Shown here piece after piece: positions 52,469-64,000 of a DNA stretch of 64,000 bases; the stretch's first letter is position 1, and each line of letters opens with the position of its first letter. This DNA comes from Eledone cirrhosa (Eukaryota). The notes beneath the pieces were generated by a model that searched no databases, was not told the DNA's origin, and saw only the letters and a program-made list of their open reading frames with translations. The translations under genes and the position numbers were made by a program. The DNA lies in contig OZ024742.1 in the NCBI GenBank assembly GCA_964016885.1, positions 69,688,001 to 69,752,000 on the forward strand, in the 5' to 3' direction.

Positions 52469-55093
52469 TTAAACCAGCCATTTCATTTCGCTTCTCTCTA
52501 ATCGGTTGTTTATTTGCGGTTGCAGTTGTTTGATAAGAAGCGCTTCCTTAATACGTAACGTGCCGACGTTTCTTTCAGTCGCTAGAATTGTGACAATGGG
52601 CCTTCCGTCTTTGTTTCCGCATTTGTCTATGTGTTTCCGGAAAGACGAGGCCCTGGTTTTAATGTGTTCCTTGATCCGGATGTGCAAAGGTCGAATTGTG
52701 CTACCTATGTAGTATTGGTTGCACCTGTCACATTCTATTTTATACACGACGTATGTGCGTAGGCAACAGTTAGCATGGCGCATCGGGCAGTCTCTGAGGG
52801 AGCATGCGTCAGTAGATTTTTCGGGTTTTCTGGAGAGGCATCTTCGCAGGGAGGGGCCCGAGTGGGGCAGGTGGATGTCGAGGCCCTCCCTCCGTATAGC
52901 CTTGCGGATAGCGTTGGTGGTATTTTCGCCCAGGTGTGGCATTTTAAGGAAGCACTTGCCTTGGGTGCTTCTCTGTCTCTTGCGTCTGGTGTCTCCTATT
53001 CTGTCTGTGATCGAGGTAGGGTACCCGTTCGTCTCCAGCACCTCGAGGAATCGCTTGGTATGAGTGATACCACTGGCGGGATCGCTGCATCTGTTTTTGA
53101 TTCGCGCGATCTCGTTCGTGATGTATCCTCTTTTGGCACTGTTAGGGAGGGCGGACTTGTAGTGAACGAATAGGTCCCTGCAGGCTGCCTTTCTGTAGAA
53201 GTTGCAGTGGATCCCTCCTTGTTCCGTGATGTTGATTCGGAAGTCGAGAAGGGCAAGTGACCCGTCTTCGTTGGGGTGTTCAACACTGAAGTCAATGTTC
53301 TCGTCCGTGTTGTTGAACGTCTCATAGATTCTGTTCGCCGTGTCTTGGGAAGATGTTAGGATGAGGATATAGTCCACGTATCTTGAGAAAAAGGCTACGG
53401 CGTTGGGGTGGCAGGCGTTGAGAGCCTTTCGTTCGAGGTTGTCCATGTAGAAGATCGCTAGCACACCTGATAGACTTGATCCCATGGGCCATCCCGAGGT
53501 TTGTTGGTATATTTGGTCAAGGAATCCGAAGTAGGTGTTGTCGACGACGATGGATAGGAGTTGGTGGATGTCAGTGGTGGTGAGCCCGAAGCAGTGTAGG
53601 TCGGTGGATTGGACGCGTTCCATTAGTATATTGACGGCCGGGAGTGCCGGGACCGAGGTGTAGAGAGCGACTACATCAAGGCTGAAGGCATATCTGTTAT
53701 TCTTTCTGGTGTCAGGATCCATTTGATGCAGGCGCTTCAACACCTCCTCGGAGCTGTTAACGTGTCCCGGCAAGGTGTCTAAGATGGGTTTGAGTATTCT
53801 GGCTAGGAGCCATGAAATTTTGTAGAGTGGTCCCTCCACGTTCGATACGATGGGCCTGATTTTCAGGTCGGGTCCCTGTTTGTGTGTTTTCACGAGGTGG
53901 TAGAAGGCGGGTAGTCTGCTGTTCCTCGTGAGGAGGTTGTATCTCAGCTTCTTCGGGAGCTTCCGTCGGTCGCAGATGTTGGTCCAGGCGGAGTTGATGT
54001 GTTCTTCTATCTGCGCGGGAGTGATTCCCATGACCTTGGAGTAGAGGTTGTCATCGTCAAGGTGTTGGAGAGCCAGGGTGTTGTAGGCCTCTCTGCTGAT
54101 GACGCAGAATTCTTTTCCCTTGTCGGAGGGGAGATAGATGAAGTTCTTCGATTTTAGGTTGGAAAGAGTGGTGAGTTGAGATCTGGTGAGGTTATGTGGT
54201 GTGCGTGTGTGTGTGTGTTTGTGAAGTATATCCGAGATAGAGTGTTTAAGCCTGATGAGTTTGGTGTCGAGTTCGTGGTTGGTGGGTGGGGGGTGGAGTG
54301 GGTTGTCGGGGTGGTAAGTGGGGAACTTGGGGTGGGTTGTGTCGGCGCTGTTATTATCTGTGGCGCTGTTGATAGCGCTCACCCATTTAAGTTGGTAAGC
54401 GGCTCGACAAAAGTTGGCCTCGATGTTGAGTTTGAGTCTGTCGTCGAGACGTTGTGTGACGATGAACTTAGGTCCGAGGTGTAGGAGTTTCAGCTCGTCG
54501 CTCGTGAGAGTGCCGGTTAGGTCGGTGACCAGGTGCGTCGCGTCGTTGAGGTATGGCTCGGTGTTGGTGGTAGCGGCGGTGGCGGTTGTTAAGTTGTTGT
54601 TTCCCACGTGGTTCTGGTCCGTCTGTTCGTTAGTGTCGATGTTCCTGTTGTGGCGTTTCGACAAGATCCACTCATATTTTCGCTTGAGCCGTTTTTTCTC
54701 GTATTGGACTCTGGAGTGGTAGCACTGGTCGATTGCTTTAGTGATTTTTAGGAGCAAGTCTCCGGGTGCTATTGGCAGTCGATGTGTCCGCTCTGAGAGT
54801 ATCCGCTTATGGAAGTGTAATTGGCGGTTGAGATGTCGCAGGATCTGTTTAATACACGTGCGATGTATGCGGTTAGTGGTGTTTTGGAAGGCTGGTGTAC
54901 GTAGGCTTACTGGTAAGCGGATGTTCTTGATGGTGTTGGGGATGACATCGTTTTTTAGGCAGCGTTTCAGGAAAATAATTTGGCAGCCAGCGTTGGCCCA
55001 TTTCTCCGACAGTCTAAACAGTTCCCTTACGGATGCAAACAATTCCTGGCTCAGGTGTAAGGATAAGAGAGTATTGAAGTTTGCTTGAAGCAT
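52469..55093 (-). CDS. Penelope-like RT-GIY-YIG polyprotein, 874 aa, uninterrupted
   Basis: PSDKG, VKTHK...IRPIVS, FSLDVVALYTSVP, PMGSSLS, RYVDY (second catalytic Asp replaced), VVYKIEC..C...YIGST.R.L..R..EH. Confidence 0.95.
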   Translation of the reverse strand: MLQANFNTLLSLHLSQELFASVRELFRLSEKWANAGCQIIFLKRCLKNDVIPNTIKNIRLPVSLRTPAFQNTTNRIHRTCIKQILRHLNRQLHFHKRILSERTHRLPIAPGDLLLKITKAIDQCYHSRVQYEKKRLKRKYEWILSKRHNRNIDTNEQTDQNHVGNNNLTTATAATTNTEPYLNDATHLVTDLTGTLTSDELKLLHLGPKFIVTQRLDDRLKLNIEANFCRAAYQLKWVSAINSATDNNSADTTHPKFPTYHPDNPLHPPPTNHELDTKLIRLKHSISDILHKHTHTRTPHNLTRSQLTTLSNLKSKNFIYLPSDKGKEFCVISREAYNTLALQHLDDDNLYSKVMGITPAQIEEHINSAWTNICDRRKLPKKLRYNLLTRNSRLPAFYHLVKTHKQGPDLKIRPIVSNVEGPLYKISWLLARILKPILDTLPGHVNSSEEVLKRLHQMDPDTRKNNRYAFSLDVVALYTSVPALPAVNILMERVQSTDLHCFGLTTTDIHQLLSIVVDNTYFGFLDQIYQQTSGWPMGSSLSGVLAIFYMDNLERKALNACHPNAVAFFSRYVDYILILTSSQDTANRIYETFNNTDENIDFSVEHPNEDGSLALLDFRINITEQGGIHCNFYRKAACRDLFVHYKSALPNSAKRGYITNEIARIKNRCSDPASGITHTKRFLEVLETNGYPTSITDRIGDTRRKRQRSTQGKCFLKMPHLGENTTNAIRKAIRREGLDIHLPHSGPSLRRCLSRKPEKSTDACSLRDCPMRHANCCLRTYVVYKIECDRCNQYYIGSTIRPLHIRIKEHIKTRASSFRKHIDKCGNKDGRPIVTILATERNVGTLRIKEALLIKQLQPQINNRLERSEMKWLV

Positions 55094-56809
55094 TGTGGAA
55101 CAATAAGTAAATATTTATAAGTCATTTGGAAGCCTCGACAATGCAAATGGGTAAATCTCCGGGTAACAAGGTCCGGTGGTGGAGAGAGAGATATGTAAGT
55201 GGGTGTACGTTGAGATGCGTGGTGTGTATAAGATGTGTGAGATGTGTAGAATGAAGGGAAGAGTAAAAGAATAAAAATAATAATAACAACACAAGAGAGA
55301 GAGTTACCTTGGGAGAGATATATATTTTTTTTTAAGTAGTTCAAATCCCGCCGAGGTTAACTTTGCCTTTATTCCTTACGGGGTCGATAAAATTAAGTAC
55401 CAGTAATACACTGGAATAATTGCTGGTCTTATCCCAAAAGTAGAAACAATCAGTGGCAGCCTCCATTACGTTTGTGATATTGGAAGTCTGATATTGCGAT
55501 AGAACGATAATTGTAAGGGTCAGAGGATTTGCACATTGTCAGGTCCGGTAAATATGTTGGTTTGAAACAACTGGAGGTAATTTTGCAGTGTAGATTGTTC
55601 AGTTATAACTGTATATTATTTGATTGTCAGTGTAGACTATCTAATGGTCAATGAAGATTATTAGATTAAATGCTTGGTTATCAGTGTAGGTTATTTGTCA
55701 AGACCGGGGATTAGCAAATTCGTTTTGCTGGTACCTCTACTCTTCAATTTTTATTTATTTTAGATATAGAAATATATCTTAGATATAGAAATTTGCAACA
55801 CTATTTGTTGGCCAGCATAATTTACTTGCAAAATAGTTTCATAAGAATACCATATTATACACTTAATGAAATTATGGCCTAGTATAACCCAAAGTGAGTT
55901 CGGGGAAACCTAAGGATTCGCGAAATAGTTCTAGGCTTAATATATGTATTTTTATATGAATAAATCACCACTATATAACAATTATTATTTCATGTAATAT
56001 TTTATTATAATTATGGAGCAGTGAATATCGGTATATTATAGGAACGAGTTCTGCGATTTTTAGAAATTCTATAAGTGTTTCACAACAAAATACTTTTGGG
56101 AGTCCTCCATATAATTGAATATGTCAATAATTAACGTCTTGTTCATTTATCTAAATTATTGATTTGTCCTCTATTAAATTATGTAACTATTTATTTGTCT
56201 AAACCATTGATCTTTTGTATATTTGATAGTTATTTATTCATTTGTCTAACTGTTGCATACAAAGAGATACAAAAATAAATACAAATTGTCATACGAGGTC
56301 CACTGCTAACTATATTTACAGCCAGAACTGGAGCAAGGAAAATAACAGAAAATAGTGTTGTATTATACGTTATAAACGAATATAAGCATCTAGTTTTTGG
56401 TAGCAACACAGTATTAGTTTTGACAGTATAAATCCATACATGGGCCATGATCACTTGATATAGTCTTAGGGGCACTGTCGCGACACATTTTAAATTTGAC
56501 GGAGCCTATCCCGCTCCAGGCCAAAGAACAGCCTATTTTACTCAAGAGAGGAGAGCGATAAAGAATCAACTTATGTGCTGCACTGGTACCTTATTTATCA
56601 GCTCTGAAACGATGAAAGCCAAAACTGACCACGGGAAGTAAACTTGAAGCATTCTATCCGACATCTTAACGACTTTGTCATCTGCTTAATAATCTGAATA
56701 CTAAATTAGAAGAAAATATATTTGTGAGTCTAGCAAGCGCTTTCAATATGAATTTTTGCAATGGATTTATATAAATAACTATTTCAAAATTATCAGAATG
56801 GCTTCTTAC

Positions 56810-56896
56810 CGTAAGTATTGTTGAACTATCGATATTGAACAAATTAGCTGCAGTGAGACAGCCTGGATTAGAGACTCTTGCGTAGAATAGAGAAAT
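56810..56896 (-). CDS. Second copy of GRL exon 3 (ISLFYARVSNPGCLTAANLFNIDSSTILT), intact
   Basis: Reverse complement of 35790-35876 with both splice sites retained and one TAT>AAT (Y>N) change. Confidence 0.8.
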
Positions 56897-59599
56897 CTGG
56901 AAATATCAAATAGAATAAATGAAACGGAATTAAGAATAAATTTACTATTCAGATTTTCAAAGCAAAACAATATCTGGTCTGTCGGAGGCCAGTAACTTGC
57001 AGTGTTGGATGGGGACTGCAATATGTTTTTCGAACAGCCCCCCCCCCCTACCTTCGGCCTAAACGCGTCTCTTGTTATCCCATGCGAAAGTCGATGTGGT
57101 ATGACTGACTTTATTGTTTCCGGGCATATAGCAGTGTTTTGGTGGTCTTATTCTCACCTGGCACCAATTTGGTACTTTTAGTTGACCCGTGAAGGTGAGG
57201 GTCCGGAAGAGAGCAAACCGTATCCACAGGTAACTGGAACGCTACAAGCCTTACAGGTGTTAGTGTAGGAAGCCAAATGCTATCGGCTAGATATAGTCGG
57301 GGTTTCTTCAACAAATTTCCGTGGCTCTGGTATTATAGATTTGGATAGATGATAGAAATTCTACTAATCAGGTGTAACCCCAGAAATGACTATATTGGCG
57401 GGAGTGGGTTCTCTATTGCGAACACCTTCTTCCAGCAGAAAGACAACCATAAATACACATGGCATAAGGACAATTGGGGAGTGAGATTAAAATTGATTTT
57501 GTTAATCTCTCTGATCTCTTCGATTCTGTGCTGGAGGGACTGAGCTAACAGTTGATCACCATCTAGTTATCTGCAACTTGAGATTATCTAAAACAAAACT
57601 GGAGGGTCGAACTCGACCTACACGATAAAGTGGCAAGCGTTTACAGATAAGGAAGTCAGAACCAGATGGATACTATTGCATCCAAATTCAGAGAAGGCGT
57701 TGAGCAAACTGAAGGCGTTGAAACTGAGTGGAGACTGTTCAGCTCGGCAGTTTCTGCTTCAGCTGTTTAATGCTGCGTGTGAAATCGAATTGCTGTGGTA
57801 CAGGTGACAGAACGACCCCTTGTTACAATCAAGAAGTCAAAGATCCCATCCGAGCTAAAAGAGGAGTTTCAAAGATTAGCTTTGAAATGAGTCCTTCTTC
57901 ATGCACTTGCGGTACAAGCAAGCGCAAAAGGTTATAGCAGAGACAGCAAAGGCACCCAAAATTAAGACATGTGAGTACTTTTGCGTTAAACTGCAAATAA
58001 ACTATACTGGTAGACTCTCCGCCAAATTCATAATAAGAAGTGCCTTCCACGCCTGCTACCATAAATGCGTCTAGAGTTCTCCTCTCTCCAGAAGCATCCT
58101 CGCAAGGTAGAGCGAATACTTTGCCGATCTCTAAACCTAGTCATAAGAGCATCTTCTGATGTACATGAGGTGCATCTGAAAACAATGATTAACTTCTCAG
58201 AGGCTGAGGTCACAAGAGCAATTGAAGAGCTCAAATGTGACAAAACCTCTCTGCGGGATGAAATTCGGCTCGAGATGACAGAAGCATTAAATAGAGAATA
58301 TATTCTCTGGCTAACTCATGTGTACCGGGTAGACTGAATCCCTGGAAAAGTACCTGAGCAATGACAACCGTGAGTGATAATCCCAATTTTCAAAAAGGGA
58401 GACAAGACAGATTGCTTCAATTATATAGGGATCTCCCCGGTAAAGTCAATGCTATGTATTTGGCAAAGAGATGTAGGGATATTGTAGAGTCCAAGCTAGC
58501 AGACGAACAGTGTGATTTTTTCCAAGGACTTGTCACAAAATACTCACTGCGACAGGTCCTTGAGAAATAGTGTGAATATTGCCAAGAAGCGCATGCCTAT
58601 TTTTTAGGCCTCGAAAAGACATATGAACGCGTTCCAAAGGACTTATTGTTGAAGATTCTGCATGAGTATGTGATCGAAAGACAGCTTCTTGTTGCTCTGA
58701 TGTTTCTATACGAATAAATGTCTTAGAAAAGAATCGTTGGACAGATTTTACGTATATATCCGGCGAGATTAAACCCTGTAAGATCCTGAATTTCTCATTG
58801 CTTGCAAGAAGAAAGACGACTGTCAATTACAGCAAAACGGTGATATTAAGTCCATAATATACGAAGCAGAGTGCAAATACACAAACGCCAAGCCAGAGAT
58901 CTGCGAAAAATATGTGGATATTGTACAGGACTGTTTTAAACAAAGATTCTTCTTGCACCTTTCCTCATTTAGATATCCCACCATGAAAACCACCACAGCA
59001 CTAGCACGAAAAGTGTCTGGCAGCTAAAAGAAAAGAGAATATCCCATGAAATCACATGGAAAGTGCTTGAAATGTCCATGTCAAACAAAATCGGAAGCAA
59101 AAAATGCTCGCTCTGCGTAAGGGAGAAATTCAGAGTCTTACAGGATTTATACTAGCGGGATATATATCCCAATACAAAGACAGTAATCTTCAGATCATGC
59201 TTGCATCAAAACACCCATCTTTTAATCCAACTGGAAGCCCACACCATAAGACACCACTTCACCAGACCTACCTCCTGAACCCTCCATGACACTATACACC
59301 CCAAGTACCCCTCGACGAGCGCACCACATACGTACACGAATTAACGGCTTGTTGAAGGAGACCTTAAGGTTGCAACATCATACTGCAACCAAAGATCACG
59401 CATACATACAACCATTTACATCTCCAAACTTAAGTTTGGGAAACACCAATCATGACACAAGATTTGAGTAGATATATATATATACATAGATACATATATG
59501 CCATGTATATGTATCCGTATGTATGTGTGCAAGTTTATACATGCATGGGGCGCGTAAATATCTATGGATTTCTTTTTTTTTTCAAATATTATATAATGT

Positions 59600-59705
<106 letters not shown>

Positions 59706-60657
59706 CGTAACTATTTATATTTTGGCTTATATAACTTACTTTAATTAATTCAGCCATTTACAAACTGATAAATTCGAGAGTTACCTCTCTTGATCATTGG
59801 AAGGTACAAAAACAAAAAATAAACTTTGAAAAACTTGAAAAATTAATCTTTAGAGAGATTTCAAGCTAGATTTATCTCCCTTGTTTCAAATATAAAGATC
59901 TTCACAGTTTGGAGGAAAAATCTTCGGGGGATAGTAGTTCATATGTCCGTCCACGTCCTCGAATGAAGGGCCAGATTAAAAATGCTACCTCCAATATACA
60001 GTGGTGGCAATCACTAGACCTCGTAACGAATGGTCGCACATACATGTTAAGTGTATGAAACTTTGTTTATACTATATATATATAGAGAGAGAATATTATT
60101 AGGATTTAGCTTCGAGCATAGCTGTATACAGATATATATTGGAATTTCATATTTCTAAAGCGATACGGAATGTATATCGATAAACATTTAGAAAGCCGTA
60201 GCTATGCAAAAACACCGGAGGCTATCGCCCCCTGGTGGTGTCCAGCAGAAGCAAGGGGGACAATCGTTGATGCATTTAGAACTCAACTGGTCCTCATCAG
60301 AACGATGCCTCCCGCTCTTGCGACTGCTGGACCTGAAAACAGGCGAGAATATATAGTTTTCTCGTCTGTACAAATGAGGTGATTAATCTCATAGACGGTA
60401 TATTTGTAGATAAACATTTAGAAAGCCGTGTTTTAGCATAGCTACGGCTTTCTAAATGTTTATCTATAAACATACCGTATTTCTTTGTGAAATACGAAAT
60501 TCCAATACATACAGCTATGCTCGAAGCTAAATCCTATTATATGCTGAGCCAACTTATACAGCTTCATATGCAAATGAGATTAATCACATCATTTACACAG
60601 ACGAGAAAACTATATATTCTCGCCTTTTCAAGTCCAGCAGTCGCAAGAGTAGGTGGG

Positions 60658-60700
60658 ATCGTCCTGATGAGACTCGTTAAGTTCGAAATGGATCGACGAT
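60658..60700 (+). ncRNA. Minimal type-I hammerhead ribozyme (best-preserved of four copies)
   Basis: AUCGUC-CUGAUGA-GACUcguuaAGUUC-GAAA-UGGA-UC^-GACGAU with a perfect 6-bp stem I. Confidence 0.65.
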
Positions 60701-60872
60701 TGCCCCCCTTGCTTCTGTTGGACACCACCAGAGGGTGATAGCCTCCGGTGTTTTTGCATAACTACGGCTTTCTAAATGTTTATCTATACACATACCGTAT
60801 TTCTTTTGAAATACGAAATTCTAATATATATACATGTGTGTGTGTGTGTGAGTGTGGGTGGGTGTGTGGGTG

Positions 60873-60915
<43 letters not shown>

Positions 60916-60999
60916 GGAATTTCGTATTTCAGAAGATCCCGTTAAAAGTGAAAGCAGCGATACTTTGCTTAAAATTTAATCTGTTATTTTGATAAATAA

Positions 61000-61071
<72 letters not shown>

Positions 61072-61075
<4 letters not shown>

Positions 61076-63373
61076 GTACAAGAATGGGCCCGAACTATGC
61101 CAACCTTTTTGTTGGCCATGTTGAGGCCCAAATCTTTGCCCAGTACACCGGCCCACGCCCGAACTGTACGGTCGTTACATTGACGACTGTATCGGAGCCA
61201 CGACCCTCACCCGAGAACAGCTCGACTCCTTTCTCTCCTTCTTCTGCTCCTTCCACCCCTCCCTCCACTTCACCACCTCTATCTCCACCACCCACGTCCA
61301 CTTCTTAGACATCTCCGTCGCCTTCGACCCCTCCCACCATCCCTCGTCACCTCGGCCTTCTTCAAACCCACCGACTCCCACTCTTACCTCGACTTCACCT
61401 CTTCCCACCCCACCCACACTAAACACTCCATTCCCTACTCCCAACTTCTCAGGATCCGCCGCCTCTGTAGCCGAGATGCTGACTTTGAGTCCCAGGCCCT
61501 TTCCCTAGTCAGCCATTTCATCCGCAGAGGTTACCCCCCCTCTCTCGTCCACACCGCTCTCACCCGCGCCCGTGCTGTCCCCCGCTCCACCACCCTCACC
61601 CCACGCCACCGCACACCCACCCACCGTCTCCCCTTCCCCATCACCTACCACCCCTCCACCTTACCCCTCCACCGCACCATCCGCCGCCTCTTCCGACGCC
61701 TCCAGTCCGACCCCTCCACCTCTCACATCTTCCCAACCCCACCACTCCCCTCCTTCAAACGCGCACGCAATCTCCGCACCCTCCTCGTCCACAGCTCCCT
61801 ACCCCCCAACCCACGCTCTGTTCCCCCCCCCTCCTCGGTTCTTTTCCCTGTTCTAGGCCCCGCTGCAACACCTGTCCCCACATCACCAACACCACCACCT
61901 TCCAGGGTCCCAACGGCCACTCTCTCTCTGTCCGGCATGCCTTCCGCTGCACCTCCTCCAACCTAGTCGGACAGACGGGACGTCGCCTGGCGGACCGATT
62001 CACTGAGCACCTCCGGGATATTCGTCTCGGGGGTAATTCCCCCATCGCCCGCCACTTTGGTGGCCCTGGACATTCCGCACGCCATCTCAGTCTGTGGCCT
62101 ACTCCAGTGCCACGGAACACCCGCCAATCGCCTTACGGTCGAACAACGAACTATCTTCATCCTACAGACCCACACTCTCCCCGGCCTGAACTCCCCACCC
62201 TTATTCCTTTAGCCTTCGACCGCCCCCCTCCCCCTACACTTATCCCCCACTAACACCACTAACACACCCCTCCTTTTCACCGCCCACCCCACAACTAACA
62301 ATACTAACACCTCCACACCACCCCTCATCTGACCACCCTTCCCCAACTAACATACTAACATCCCTCCCTTCTTCTCCTCCTCCCCCTCCTTATCACACGC
62401 ACACACCCACCGGCACATATATACACGCGCTCACACTAAACACACACCCTACTACCACCACTAACCCTCACCCCCACACCTCCATCCCACCACCCCGCAA
62501 CTAACCTCACTAACACCCCCTAACCCCAAGCACACGAACACACGCACCCACTTACACCACCCACCCCACATGCAACTAACATCACTAACACCCCCCAACC
62601 CCACGCACACGTACCCACACACCCTCGTACACCACCAACTCTACACACCCTACCACCACTAACCTCCACTCACACCTGCATTCAATCCCTCCTCACCTCC
62701 CGTATACTAACACCCACTAACACCTCTTCATCAAACTACACACACACCAGTACACCACACTCCCTCCATAGAACCACACACACCCTTCTCTCCCCGCTCC
62801 ACCCACACCCTCGCTCCACACTCACTCATCCCACTAACACCTCTACTAATACACACACACACACCCTCCTCACTCCAACTTTCACACCTACCCATTCTCG
62901 CCCCTTTACCATTCCACCGACTGCTGCTATGCCCTCTGACCACCTCCCAGCACAAACAGACACACAGCACTCCCACTGCTTGACCATTTCCTGTTGCGCG
63001 CGCACCCCACATCTCTCCTCTTCCGACCCTCGCTTCATGGAATACCCGCACGCAGAAATTGACCAACACAGAATCCGCTAAACACCTTTGGAATTTACCT
63101 ATTTTTCAACCATCCTCTTGCGTAATCACCTATATAACTCACCCACACACACACCCCAAAACAATTTTTTTTCTCCACACGCTACCTACACCCACAACAC
63201 TTAAACCCCACACACACGTGCTTTCCACTACATATTTACACCCTCAGCCTCCTGCTTCCTCTCCCCCACCCCTCTATCCACACATACACAGACACTCCGA
63301 CCCCCCCCCCCCTCCCACACACACACACCTCTTCCTGAACATGCAACCCCGTTCTTCCCCCAACCCTTACTTT

Positions 63374-63404
<31 letters not shown>

Positions 63405-63838
63405 GTACACCTACCCACACACACCACCTTCAGCCCTCCCCGCTCGGACACCCCGTCTCCCTCTCCCCACTCCACCCGCCACCACCCCTACACACCCCAC
63501 ACCCTTCCACCACCTGTTTTATCTCCCTTTTAATTTCAGTTTATTTTGATCATGCTTTTATATTTAAATTTATTTCATTCCTTGTATTTTGATCATACTT
63601 TATTTTTATTTTTATCTTTATTTTTTTATTTTTTCATTCGCACCATTTCCTTTCGCTATATGTCTCTCCACCACTCCCCTACACACCCTTTGAACTCTGT
63701 TCCCACACACTTCTCACCTGAGGAAGGGCTTATGCCCGAAACGTCGTCCCCCACAAACACCCCACTCTCCAGAGCGTGAAATTAATAAACATTCGTTGTA
63801 CCGCCTCTCTGTTTTGTCCCTGTTCAAATTTTTCCATT
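61072..63838 (+). mobile_element. 5'-truncated, frameshifted C-rich Penelope-like element between (TA)n tracts
   Basis: MGTRMGPNYANLFVGHVE, YGRYIDD, KPTDSHSYL, SIPYSQLLRIRRLCS, VGQTGRRLADRFTEH; long low-complexity 3' region. Confidence 0.88.
63715..63748 (+). ncRNA. Minimal hammerhead motif at the 3' end of the Penelope element
   Basis: CUGAGGA-A-GGGC uuau GCCC-GAAA-CG-UC^; stem I is weak. Confidence 0.55.
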
Positions 63839-63965
<127 letters not shown>

Positions 63966-64000
63966 GTTTTAATATAGAAAAGCTTCTACAGGACTAGAAC

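Larger units (their letters stand above)
51817..55319 (-). mobile_element. Full-length Penelope-like element with ~212-bp direct pseudo-LTRs (51817-52029, 55107-55319), right arm only
   Basis: Direct repeats flank a single RT + GIY-YIG ORF. Flanks are TA-rich with no TSD, and about 80 bp of the target SINE head is missing relative to the left arm. Confidence 0.95.

Overview
Repeat-dense, AT-rich animal genomic DNA. An octopod cephalopod is my inference from the tRNA-derived SINE family and the (TA)n/(CA)n tracts; it is not proven. The only host gene I can support is a four-exon gustatory-receptor-like (GRL, insect GR/OR-type 7TM ion channel) gene on the + strand: exons 11577-12659, 17629-17700, 35790-35876 and 37566-37664. 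All three introns are phase-0 GT-AG and the product is about 446 aa; the ORF track shows only exon 1. The right half of the window is a ~29.6-kb inverted duplication with arms ~31420-43596 and ~46297-61005 and a 2.7-kb spacer inside a Tx1-like LINE. It places a second intact copy of the two C-terminal GRL exons tail-to-tail on the - strand. The arms show patchy identity and arm-specific insertions. One insertion is a full-length Penelope-like element whose terminal repeat carries a hammerhead-like fold with a non-canonical core (CAGUUGA), and the element's 5' end maps 11 nt from the predicted cleavage site. At least five further minimal-hammerhead families occur in ORF-less tandem or fold-back elements and Penelope remnants, mostly inside (TA)n tracts. 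Also present: a degenerate Helitron plus a mini-Helitron, a MULE, a hAT MITE, RTE, Tx1-like and R4/Dong-like LINE remnants, and many SINEs. All alignments were done by eye, so element boundaries are approximate.
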